Positions 18,337 to 27,300 of a stretch of DNA of 64,000 nt are shown one piece after another. A model generated the notes under the pieces. It worked only from the letters and a program-made list of their open reading frames with translations, was not told where the DNA came from and searched no databases. The position numbers were made by a program, and so were the translations under genes. Numbering within the stretch: position 1 is the stretch's first letter; each line of letters begins with the position of its first letter. The DNA is from an uncultured Pelagibacteraceae bacterium. Lineage in GTDB: Bacteria > Pseudomonadota > Alphaproteobacteria > Pelagibacterales > AG-422-B15. The stretch is taken from positions 333,828-397,827 of the forward strand of contig CACNXQ010000001.1 in assembly GCA_902624455.1 (NCBI GenBank). The letters are read 5' to 3'.

Positions 18337-19758
18337 ATGATTAATAATAAAAATTTAGCAGTTGATTTGGATGGAACTTTAATCAAGACTGATATACTCT
18401 TTGAAAGTATCTTAATTTTCATAAAAAAAAATCCTCTGAATATATTTAAATTATTTAGCTGGCTTTTAAATGGACGACTATTTTTAAAAAAAAAACTTTC
18501 TGAAATTGTTTGTCCTTCAGTTGAAAATTTGCCCTACAATAAGGATGTAATTAATTTTATTCACAAAAAAAAACAAGAAGGATTTAAAATAATACTTGCT
18601 ACTGCCACTATTAATACAATTGCAAACAAGATCTCAAATTATTTAAATATTTTTGACGACGTAGTTGCTTCATCTAATGAGAATCTGTCTGGAAAGTATA
18701 AAGAAGCAGCTCTAGTAAGCATGTTTGGTAAAAATAACTTTGAATATATTGGAAACTCAACAAAAGATGTGAATGTTTGGGAGTCATCCTCAAAATGTCA
18801 TTTGGTTAAACCAACAAAAAAAATATTAAATAAAATAAAAAGTAGAAAATTAGGTGAGATATTTGTAAATAACCTGTCTTTCCTTAAAATTTTTTTCTCA
18901 GCAATAAGAATTCATCAGTGGGTAAAGAACATTTTATTATTTATACCTCTAGCTGCTGCACATTTACTTTTTGAGATCGATCTATTAATTAATGGGCTAA
19001 TTGCATTCTTATGCTTCGGACTGTGTGCATCTTCAATTTATCTATTTAATGATTTGATTGATATTGAAGACGATAGAAATCATGAAGATAAAAGAAATAG
19101 ACAGCTGGCTGCTGGGAATTTAACTATAATGGGTGCACTCTTTTTGATTGCAGTGTTACTGACTATATCATTTACTTTCTCATATATCCTATTACCTATA
19201 AACTTCTTATTAATTATTCTATTGTATATTTTCATAAATATTTTTTATTCAATTTATTTAAAAAATATTATTTTACTTGATTTGTTTTTACTTGCTTTTT
19301 TGTATACATTGAGACTGATTGCAGGAGCAGAGGCGATGTATTTAGAAACTACTTTTTGGATTATAACTTTTTCAATGTTTATTTTTTTTAGTTTAGCTGT
19401 TGTCAAACGATATACAGAGTTTGTGAGGAAAGGAAATAATAATGAAGGTGCAATAAAGGTTCGAAGTTACACTGATCGTGATAAATTATTTTTATTTATT
19501 CTTGGTATAACTACTGGACTAATTTCTGTTTTAGTTCTTGCACTCTATATTAATGAAGTAAGTAGAATTGATATTTATCCTCAAAAAGAATTACTTTGGT
19601 TTTCTTGTCCTTTACTCTTTTATTGGATGACAAGAGTGTGGCTGTTGGCTAGTAGAGGTGAAATGAATTATGATCCAGTAATATTTGCAATAAAGGATAA
19701 TCAAAGTAGATTTATTGGAATTTTATTTTTATCTGTATTCTTAATGTCTGCAATATGA
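18337..19758 (+). CDS. HAD-phosphatase / UbiA-family polyprenyl-phosphate phosphoribosyltransferase fusion (Rv3806c-like)
   Basis: HAD motif I LAVDLDGTLIKTD and motif IV IGNSTKDVNVW in aa 1-170. The C-terminal polytopic domain carries the UbiA Asp-rich motif NDLIDIEDDRNHEDKRNRQLAAG. 4-nt overlap with the DprE1-like gene. Confidence 0.75.
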   Translation: MINNKNLAVDLDGTLIKTDILFESILIFIKKNPLNIFKLFSWLLNGRLFLKKKLSEIVCPSVENLPYNKDVINFIHKKKQEGFKIILATATINTIANKISNYLNIFDDVVASSNENLSGKYKEAALVSMFGKNNFEYIGNSTKDVNVWESSSKCHLVKPTKKILNKIKSRKLGEIFVNNLSFLKIFFSAIRIHQWVKNILLFIPLAAAHLLFEIDLLINGLIAFLCFGLCASSIYLFNDLIDIEDDRNHEDKRNRQLAAGNLTIMGALFLIAVLLTISFTFSYILLPINFLLIILLYIFINIFYSIYLKNIILLDLFLLAFLYTLRLIAGAEAMYLETTFWIITFSMFIFFSLAVVKRYTEFVRKGNNNEGAIKVRSYTDRDKLFLFILGITTGLISVLVLALYINEVSRIDIYPQKELLWFSCPLLFYWMTRVWLLASRGEMNYDPVIFAIKDNQSRFIGILFLSVFLMSAI

Positions 19759-21068
19759 AAAACAGTTATCTGTCATGGGGAAGGTATCCCAATATTCCGC
19801 AAAAAGCGGAGATTATTTATTGGCCTAACAATGTAATTTCAAAAATCAATGCTGTCATTGAGAATAATGATACCACTTTAGCTTATGGCTTAGGTCGAAG
19901 TTATGGAGATTCATGTTTAGCAAACAGCAACAATATTTTAAATATGCAAAATATGGACAGAATTATTTCATTTGACAAACAAAGTGGAATAATTGTCGCT
20001 CAATCTGGAATTTCAATTGAACAAATCTCTAAAATATCCATACCTAATGGATGGTTTGTACCTGTGAGCCCAGGTACAAAGTATGTGACTTTAGGAGGAG
20101 CCGTTGCTAATGATGTACATGGCAAAAATCATCATAATGCAGGTACATTTGGCTGCCACGTCAATAGTTTTAAAATTTACAGATCTAAAGAGGGCATTCT
20201 CGAATGTTCAGAGAACTTACACCCAGAACTCTTTAAAGCAACGATTGGTGGTTTGGGCTTAACAGGTATCATTCTGCAAGTTGAATTTAGGCTAAAGAAA
20301 ATAAACTCATCAAGAATTCAGGTTAATAATATTAAATTTAATAATATAGATGAATTTTTTGAATTAAGTAACTTGCACGATAATAATCACGAATATACAG
20401 TTTCATGGATTGATTGTTTATCTCAGGGAAAAAATCTTGGAAGAGGAATTTATTCGTATGCTGATCACCTCGATGATAATTTTTTAGAATTTAGTAACTC
20501 AAAAAAGATAAATTTCCCATTTGAAATTCCATTTTCACTTGTTAACTCTTTTACATTAAAATCATTTAATTCATTCTATTACAATAGCCAGTTTAAAAGC
20601 AAAAATTCAAAAATTACTGACTATGAAAGTTTTTTATATCCATTAGATAAAATTTTAAATTGGAATCGAATGTACGGAAAAAAAGGATTTGAACAATTCC
20701 AATGCGTGATACCAAAAACTAACGGAAAACAAGTATTAAAAGATATATTAAAAACGATAACAAAATGTAACAACGGTTCATTTTTATCGGTATTAAAACA
20801 AACTGGAGATATAGTTTCTCCAGGAATTTTATCATTCCCTATCCCGGGATATTCGCTTGCTTTGGATTTTCCTCAAAAAAGTAATAGTAATGATGTTTTA
20901 TTTAGGAAACTTGATCAAATTGTCCATGAAGCTGGAGGCAGGCTTTACCCCGCTAAAGATGCACATGTAAGTAAATTGAATTTTCAGTCATCTTACCCTA
21001 ATTGGCATAAAGTAGAAAATATGCGTGATAAAACTTTAATGTCAAAATTTTGGGAGAGAGTTGCATGA
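19755..21068 (+). CDS. DprE1-like FAD-dependent polyprenyl-phospho-ribose 2'-oxidase
   Basis: Blocks shared with M. tuberculosis DprE1 as recalled: GLGRSYGD, VPVSPGTKYVTLGGAVANDVHGKNHHNAGTFG, LGLTGII, WNRMYGKKGFEQFQCVIP, SFLSVLK, LSFPIPGYSLALDFP, GGRLYPAKD. Confidence 0.85.
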   Translation: MKNSYLSWGRYPNIPQKAEIIYWPNNVISKINAVIENNDTTLAYGLGRSYGDSCLANSNNILNMQNMDRIISFDKQSGIIVAQSGISIEQISKISIPNGWFVPVSPGTKYVTLGGAVANDVHGKNHHNAGTFGCHVNSFKIYRSKEGILECSENLHPELFKATIGGLGLTGIILQVEFRLKKINSSRIQVNNIKFNNIDEFFELSNLHDNNHEYTVSWIDCLSQGKNLGRGIYSYADHLDDNFLEFSNSKKINFPFEIPFSLVNSFTLKSFNSFYYNSQFKSKNSKITDYESFLYPLDKILNWNRMYGKKGFEQFQCVIPKTNGKQVLKDILKTITKCNNGSFLSVLKQTGDIVSPGILSFPIPGYSLALDFPQKSNSNDVLFRKLDQIVHEAGGRLYPAKDAHVSKLNFQSSYPNWHKVENMRDKTLMSKFWERVA

Positions 21069-21817
21069 AAAAATCAAAAACTGTTGCTATTTTTGGTGCC
21101 ACTTCAAACATAGCTGAAGCAGTTGCAAGAATTTATTCAAAAGAAGGTGCAAGCCTTGTTTTAGTTGGAAGAGATATGGAAAAATTAGAAATTATAATGA
21201 GTGACCTCCTAATCAGAGGAGCAAAAGAAGTTAAATTAATAATTAATGATCTTTCAATTGAAAGTCAATCAGAGAAACTTGTTGATGATGTTTGGAATCT
21301 ATTTGAAAGTATTGATATTGCTTTAATTGCACCCGGTACATTACCAACACAGAATGTAGCAAACAAAGATATTGCTTACGCACGGAAACATTTTAGATTT
21401 AATTCTGAGACAATTATAATTTTATTATCACTGATAGCAAAAAAATTTATAACTCAAAAATTTGGAAATATTTCAGTAATAAGTTCTGTTGCAGGGGACC
21501 GGGGTAGAAAAGATAATTTTTTATATGGCGCTGCAAAATCCGCTGTCTCAGTTTTTACAAGTGGTTTAAGAGGTATGATGCAAGAGCATGGTGTGTCCGT
21601 AATGACTATCAAGCCGGGATTTGTAAAAACATCAATGACTAGAGATGTCCAATTTCCATCCTTATTATCAGCTACTGCTGATAGAGTTGCTAACGATATT
21701 GTTAAATCAATAAATAATGGTCGTGATGTAGTTTACACACCGTCGTTCTGGAAAATAATAATGATCGTAATAAAAATAATTCCGGAGAGTATATTTAAAA
21801 AAATTAACTTTCGGTAG
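21065..21817 (+). CDS. DprE2-like short-chain dehydrogenase/reductase
   Basis: AIFGATSNIAEAVA, SSVAGDRGRKDNFLYGAAKSAV, IKPGFVKT, and the DprE2-type C-terminus PSFWKIIMIVIKIIPESIFKKI. Start set at ATG 21065 (ATGA overlap) rather than the ORF-track 21050. Confidence 0.8.
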   Translation: MKKSKTVAIFGATSNIAEAVARIYSKEGASLVLVGRDMEKLEIIMSDLLIRGAKEVKLIINDLSIESQSEKLVDDVWNLFESIDIALIAPGTLPTQNVANKDIAYARKHFRFNSETIIILLSLIAKKFITQKFGNISVISSVAGDRGRKDNFLYGAAKSAVSVFTSGLRGMMQEHGVSVMTIKPGFVKTSMTRDVQFPSLLSATADRVANDIVKSINNGRDVVYTPSFWKIIMIVIKIIPESIFKKINFR

Positions 21818-21828
21818 CTACATTTGGA

Positions 21829-23991
21829 GTGATAAAATTAGTAATGGTAGCCATTAATTCATTCAAAAATACAATTTCTTTAATTACTATTTTTTCAGTA
21901 CTTATTACAATTTTTGGAGTTTTCTCAAATTTTAGTAGTATTCCTTACTGGGATATGTGGGATGGGTATCTCAATTTCTATCTTAAGATTCAAAATGGAC
22001 AATATTATGAGTGGTTTGCACTACATAATGAACATAGGATATTTTTATCAAGAATACTGTTCTTTATAGATATAAAGATTTTTAATAATCAGAGTTATTT
22101 TTTAGTATTATGTAATCTATTATTTTTATCTTTTGCAGTATTAATATTTATTACTTTTCTCAGAAATAATTTTTCATTTAAAGATTATAGTACGGTATAT
22201 CTTGTTATTGTTTGTCTTTTATTTTCTTGGATACAGGAAAACAACTTAATCATTGGTTTTCAAACAGCATTTGTATTAGCTCAACTAATTCCATTAGTCG
22301 CATTTTATTATTTTTTTAAGTCAATTAATCATCTCGACCAAAGAACAAACTTTTTTATAATTTCAATTTTTTTTGGTTTCTTATCTAGTTATACACTTAT
22401 TTCTGGTATTTTTGTTTTACCAATTCTTACTTTTTATTGCTTTATTGTTGGTTTTAAAAAAGAGTACTTAATTTCTCTAATTATAGTTACAGCTATTTCA
22501 CTAATTTTGTATTTCTTTTCTTATCAATCTGTAGAACATCATGGGTCCATTCAAGATGCAATATTGCATAATCCTTTGGATTTTATAAATTATGTATTTT
22601 TATATTTTGGTGGCCCTTTTTATTATTTTTTTGGAAAAGGTGAAACAGGGATGAATTTAGCATGGATTGCTGGATTTATTTTTATCTTTCTTTCGCTATA
22701 TTATTTTTTTTATTATTTAAAAAAACAATCATTTATAAATTATTATGGATGGTTATATTGTTTTATCTTATATGTAGGATTGACAGCTGCAGCGACAGCA
22801 GGAGGAAGGCTTATTTTTGGTGCTAGCCAGGCATTGTCTAGCCGATATATGACTCCTGTAATTTTTTCTTGGGTGTGCCTAATAATAATAACAGTTTATT
22901 ATTTATATAAAGAAAATAATATAAATGAGAAGTACAAGAAATTCCTTCAAATATTTTTTTCAATATTTCTATATTTATTAGTCATAGTTATTGTTTTTTT
23001 TCAGTTGCGAGTATTTTCATATGATAATGATATTAATTTTGAAAAAAATATTGCTGCACTAAGTATTAAAATGGACGTAAAAGACATAGCTCAAATTCAA
23101 AGTGTTTACCCAAATTTTGATATGCCATTAAATGTAAAAAATAAAATGAATGATATTGGAAAAGATATTTTTAACTTTGATCCTTTCAAGGATATTTCAT
23201 TCGATAGTAAATATCACAGACAAAAAAACTTTAATAAAAAATTTTCAAACAAGTGCATTGGTGAAATCGATAATATTTCATTTGCAGGTGACAATTTAAT
23301 GAAGATTTCGGGTTGGATTTATAGTCCAGATGAAAAAGCTATCTCAAAAAAATTATACGTTCTTAATTCAGATAATAAATTAATTGGTTTTATCCTTACC
23401 GGAAAAAAAATGTCTCTAATAAAAGAGATGTACGGAAAAAATGCTTTAAACTCAGGATTTAAGGGATACATATTAAATAAAAACGATACAATTAACAGTT
23501 CCAAAATAAAATTCGTAAGCTATGAACAAGATTGTGAACTCTCTATTGACAATGGTTTAGATAATATTCCAATGTTTAGGATTAAAGAATTTGAGGACGT
23601 GGATGAAAACAGTATCGTTAGACCTGAGGCTATATTAAGTACTGAATGGTTAGGGCAAGATTATTACAGTGTTTGGTCTGGTACTGCTACTCTACCGTTA
23701 AAGTACAATATATATGGTTCATTCAGTGTGTCAGACGCTGAGTCAGGATCAATTACATTAAGACTGAATAAGGGGCAGGGCTTTTTCTTTAGATCTGAAC
23801 CAAATTCTAAAATTCAATACATGCAAATTAATGGTGGCGAGAAATTTTTTATTCCAAGAGATATTCCTCCAGCCTCAGAGTGGTTATTTCTGGAATTTAA
23901 CAACCCATCACTACCAGATACTTTTAATGTTGAAATTACTGACGAAGGTGCTGGATGGGGAGAGTGGTCTGCAGTAGGATTGATAAGATAA
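21829..23991 (+). CDS. Polytopic membrane protein with about 290-aa C-terminal soluble domain; candidate GT-C-type (arabinosyl)transferase
   Basis: About 11-13 hydrophobic helices across aa 1-400. The first loop carries acidic/aromatic YWDMWDGY...HNEHRIF. The C-terminal 430-720 is hydrophilic. It lies immediately downstream of the DPA-type genes. No family motif recognised with certainty. Confidence 0.4.
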   Translation: MIKLVMVAINSFKNTISLITIFSVLITIFGVFSNFSSIPYWDMWDGYLNFYLKIQNGQYYEWFALHNEHRIFLSRILFFIDIKIFNNQSYFLVLCNLLFLSFAVLIFITFLRNNFSFKDYSTVYLVIVCLLFSWIQENNLIIGFQTAFVLAQLIPLVAFYYFFKSINHLDQRTNFFIISIFFGFLSSYTLISGIFVLPILTFYCFIVGFKKEYLISLIIVTAISLILYFFSYQSVEHHGSIQDAILHNPLDFINYVFLYFGGPFYYFFGKGETGMNLAWIAGFIFIFLSLYYFFYYLKKQSFINYYGWLYCFILYVGLTAAATAGGRLIFGASQALSSRYMTPVIFSWVCLIIITVYYLYKENNINEKYKKFLQIFFSIFLYLLVIVIVFFQLRVFSYDNDINFEKNIAALSIKMDVKDIAQIQSVYPNFDMPLNVKNKMNDIGKDIFNFDPFKDISFDSKYHRQKNFNKKFSNKCIGEIDNISFAGDNLMKISGWIYSPDEKAISKKLYVLNSDNKLIGFILTGKKMSLIKEMYGKNALNSGFKGYILNKNDTINSSKIKFVSYEQDCELSIDNGLDNIPMFRIKEFEDVDENSIVRPEAILSTEWLGQDYYSVWSGTATLPLKYNIYGSFSVSDAESGSITLRLNKGQGFFFRSEPNSKIQYMQINGGEKFFIPRDIPPASEWLFLEFNNPSLPDTFNVEITDEGAGWGEWSAVGLIR

Positions 23992-24930
23992 ATGAATGAT
24001 AAAAGAATAATTTTAACTGGCGGTGCTGGCTTAGTAGGTCTCAATTTAATACCAAGATTATTGAAAAAAGGCTATAGAAACATACTAGTTTTAGATAAAC
24101 ACAAGGATAATATTTTAATCGCGAGAAAGCTCTTTCCAGATATTGAAATCGAAGAAGCTGACATTTCCGAAAGAGGCAATTGGACTAAATATCTTGAAGC
24201 TGGGTCTGTTATTATTATGTTGCAAGCTCAAATAGGTGGAAATAAATTTATTGATTTTGAGAAAAATAACGTAACTTCTACGCACAACATAATTGAAGAG
24301 ATTAAACATAAAACAAATATTCGCCTTATTCATGTTAGCTCATCAGTCGTAGAGTCGATAGCTGATGACTACTATACAAACTCAAAAAAAACCCAAGAAA
24401 AATTGGTTATAGATAGCGGTCTTAAATGTGTTATTTTGAGGCCAACTCTTATGTTTGGATGGTTTGACCGTAAACACCTTGGTTGGTTATCAAGATTTAT
24501 GCAAAAGATACCAGTATTCCCTATTCCAGGAAATGGAAAATTTATAAGACAGCCATTATATGCTGGAGATTTTTGTAATGTAATAATAAGCTGTATCTCT
24601 AATCAAGAAATAAATGGTATTTTTAATATTTCGGGGTATGAAAAAATTTTTTATATTGATTTAATAAAAAAGATAAAACAAATTATCTCGGCAAATACTT
24701 ATATCGTTAAGATACCATTTTTAGTTTTTTATTTTCTTATCTGGTTATGGAGTTTATTCGATAAAAATCCACCTTTCACAACTCAACAATTAGTCGCACT
24801 TAGTAATGATGAGGAATTTGAAATTATTGATTGGGCAAAAATTTTTTCGATCTCTTGTTATACACTTGATGAAGCTCTTAACGAAACTTTTAATGATAAA
24901 ACATTCAGTAAAATAAAAATGAAATTTTAG
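23992..24930 (+). CDS. NAD-dependent epimerase/dehydratase-family protein with C-terminal hydrophobic segment
   Basis: ILTGGAGLVGLNL Rossmann motif and YxxxK (YTNSK). Hydrophobic IPFLVFYFLIWLWSLF near the C-terminus. Abuts the upstream stop (TAAATG). Confidence 0.7.
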   Translation: MNDKRIILTGGAGLVGLNLIPRLLKKGYRNILVLDKHKDNILIARKLFPDIEIEEADISERGNWTKYLEAGSVIIMLQAQIGGNKFIDFEKNNVTSTHNIIEEIKHKTNIRLIHVSSSVVESIADDYYTNSKKTQEKLVIDSGLKCVILRPTLMFGWFDRKHLGWLSRFMQKIPVFPIPGNGKFIRQPLYAGDFCNVIISCISNQEINGIFNISGYEKIFYIDLIKKIKQIISANTYIVKIPFLVFYFLIWLWSLFDKNPPFTTQQLVALSNDEEFEIIDWAKIFSISCYTLDEALNETFNDKTFSKIKMKF

Positions 24931-24935
24931 CAACA

Positions 24936-26231
24936 ATGAGTGATAAAGGGAAAATTGCTGTACTAGGAGCCGGACCAATGGGACTTGCAGTGGCCTACCA
25001 GCTAATTTTAGATGGCTACAAACCTATTGTATTTGAAGCAGATGATAGAGTAGGCGGAATGACTGCAAGTTTTGATTTTAATGGTTTAAATATTGAAAGA
25101 TACTACCACTTTCATTGTACATCAGACAAAGCATTCTTACAGATATTGACCGATTTAAATATAAAACATTTATTTCATTGGAAAGAAACAAAAATGGGGT
25201 ACTGGTACTTAAATAGACTACAAGAATGGGGAAATCCTCTGGCACTTTTAAAATTTAAAGGGTTAAGTTTTCTGTCAAAAATTCGATACGGCATTCATGC
25301 TTTCACATCAACAAAAAGGTCAAATTGGATAAAATTAGATAAGTTAAGTGCAAAAGAATGGATTATTAAATGGGTAGGAGCAGAAGCATTTGATATATTA
25401 TGGCGAAAACTATTCGAGTATAAATTTTATCATTTTAGTGATTCAATTTCTGCAGCTTGGATATGGAGCAGAATAAGACGATTAGGTAATTCAAGGTATA
25501 ATATATTTAGAGAAAAGCTTGGATATTTAGAGGGTGGATCTGAAACTCTTCTTTTCGCTCTTAAGAGAAACATACTTTCAAACGGAGGTGAAATACACTT
25601 ATCAACATCTATAAAAGAGGTTCAATTAGAAAATAATAAAGTTTCTGGATTACGAACAGAAAAAAATTTTTATGAATTTGAGAATGTGATTAGTACAATT
25701 CCTTTACCATACATACCGAAAATAATACCAAAGTTACCAAAAAAAATACTTGAAAAGTATTCCAACATCAAAAATATTGCCGTTGTTTGTGTGATTGCGA
25801 AGCTATCAGAGAAAGTTTCTGATAATTTTTGGGTAAATGTTAATGATCCAGAAATGGATATTCCTGGATTTGTAGAATACTCAAATCTTAGACCTCTTCA
25901 AAATAGTATTGTATATGTCCCTTTTTACATGCCAGGTGAACATTCTTACTATAATGAACCTGACAAATTTTTTATAGAAAAAGTAAAATTATATTTAAAA
26001 AAAATCAATTCTCGTATTGATGAAAAAAAATTCATAGATATTAAAGCTAGTAGATATAGATTTGCACAACCAATATGTGAAACAAATTTTTTAGATCAAT
26101 TACCACCTATCAATTTGCCTATTAAAGGGTTATATGTTGCAGATACATCTTATTACTACCCAGAGGATAGGGGAATTTCTGAAAGTGTTGAGTTGGGTAT
26201 AAAAATAGCTAAAAGTATCAAAGTTGATTAA
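24936..26231 (+). CDS. FAD/NAD(P)-binding oxidoreductase (amine-oxidase / phytoene-desaturase / UGM-like superfamily)
   Basis: Dinucleotide motif IAVLGAGPMGLAVA...FEADDRVGGM. 431 aa. Substrate unknown. Confidence 0.65.
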   Translation: MSDKGKIAVLGAGPMGLAVAYQLILDGYKPIVFEADDRVGGMTASFDFNGLNIERYYHFHCTSDKAFLQILTDLNIKHLFHWKETKMGYWYLNRLQEWGNPLALLKFKGLSFLSKIRYGIHAFTSTKRSNWIKLDKLSAKEWIIKWVGAEAFDILWRKLFEYKFYHFSDSISAAWIWSRIRRLGNSRYNIFREKLGYLEGGSETLLFALKRNILSNGGEIHLSTSIKEVQLENNKVSGLRTEKNFYEFENVISTIPLPYIPKIIPKLPKKILEKYSNIKNIAVVCVIAKLSEKVSDNFWVNVNDPEMDIPGFVEYSNLRPLQNSIVYVPFYMPGEHSYYNEPDKFFIEKVKLYLKKINSRIDEKKFIDIKASRYRFAQPICETNFLDQLPPINLPIKGLYVADTSYYYPEDRGISESVELGIKIAKSIKVD

Positions 26232-26631
26232 ATTTTTTTTTACAAAACAATTTTTAAAATTTTTTGCAGTTGGATTAAGCGCAGCTTTTATACATTGGTT
26301 ATCTCGAGTATTATTAAATTTCTATTTTTCATTTTATTGGTCCGTATTTATTGCTTATTTTTTTGGAATTTTAAGTGCGTATATCTTAAATCGTATTTAC
26401 GTGTTTCCAAATTCAAATAAAAGCATGTATGAACAAATATATAAATTCTTTATTATCAATTTATCTTTCTTGCCAATCGTATGGTTTTGTTCAATATTTA
26501 TTTATTCCTTATTAATAAAATTTGGTATAGACTTTTACCCAGAGGCAATCGCACATGGAATGGCAGTGTCGTTGCCAATGCTTATAACTTTTATTCTTTA
26601 TAAATTTTTAGCTTTTGCAGATTATAAATAG
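26224..26631 (+). CDS. GtrA-family small membrane protein
   Basis: 135 aa with 4 predicted helices. FLKFFAVGLSAAFIHW resembles the GtrA N-terminal motif. TTG start overlaps the upstream stop by 8 nt. Confidence 0.65.
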   Translation: MIKFFFTKQFLKFFAVGLSAAFIHWLSRVLLNFYFSFYWSVFIAYFFGILSAYILNRIYVFPNSNKSMYEQIYKFFIINLSFLPIVWFCSIFIYSLLIKFGIDFYPEAIAHGMAVSLPMLITFILYKFLAFADYK

Positions 26632-27290
26632 TGGAACAAGAAAAACTATCAGAATTATATAAAATAAGGTTTCAAGAAGAAATTTTAAGTAGAAAGAATG
26701 ATATTTGGAAAGTTCTATGCTCTGATTTTTTCCAAAAATTTATTCCAGAAAATTCAACAGTAGTTGACTTAGCATGCGGATATGGCGAGTTTATTAATAA
26801 TGTGGAAGCTTCAAATAAAATAGCATTTGACCTTAATGAAGAAAGCAAAAACTTTCTTAATAATGATGTTAAGTTTCATGAAAAATCTGTCATGGAACTC
26901 AATAAGCTTTATAATGAAGAAATTGACGTTATATTTACATCCAACTTTCTTGAGCATTTAGAAAATAAGAAAGCATTAGAGCAATTATTAGCAGAAATAT
27001 ATAGAACACTAAAAATTGGAGGTAAATATATAATTTTAGGTCCAAACCTCAGATATTTAAACGGTTCATATTGGGATTTTTATGATCATCACCTCGGATT
27101 AACTCATATTTCTCTTCAAGAAGCACTTAGATTAAATGGTTTTAAGATTGATCTTTGCTATGCCAAATTTTTACCATTTACTATGCAGGGATCACTTCCA
27201 ACACACCCACTCTTAGTTAAGATTTATTTAAATGTAAAATTTGCTTGGAAATTATTGGGCAAGCAATTTTTTATAGTTGCTAGCAAATAG
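26631..27290 (+). CDS. Class I SAM-dependent methyltransferase
   Basis: VVDLACGYGEF (motif I), DVIFTSNFLEHL, LKIGGKYII. GTG start overlaps the GtrA stop by 1 nt. Confidence 0.7.
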   Translation: MEQEKLSELYKIRFQEEILSRKNDIWKVLCSDFFQKFIPENSTVVDLACGYGEFINNVEASNKIAFDLNEESKNFLNNDVKFHEKSVMELNKLYNEEIDVIFTSNFLEHLENKKALEQLLAEIYRTLKIGGKYIILGPNLRYLNGSYWDFYDHHLGLTHISLQEALRLNGFKIDLCYAKFLPFTMQGSLPTHPLLVKIYLNVKFAWKLLGKQFFIVASK

Positions 27291-27300
27291 TATTTATTTT

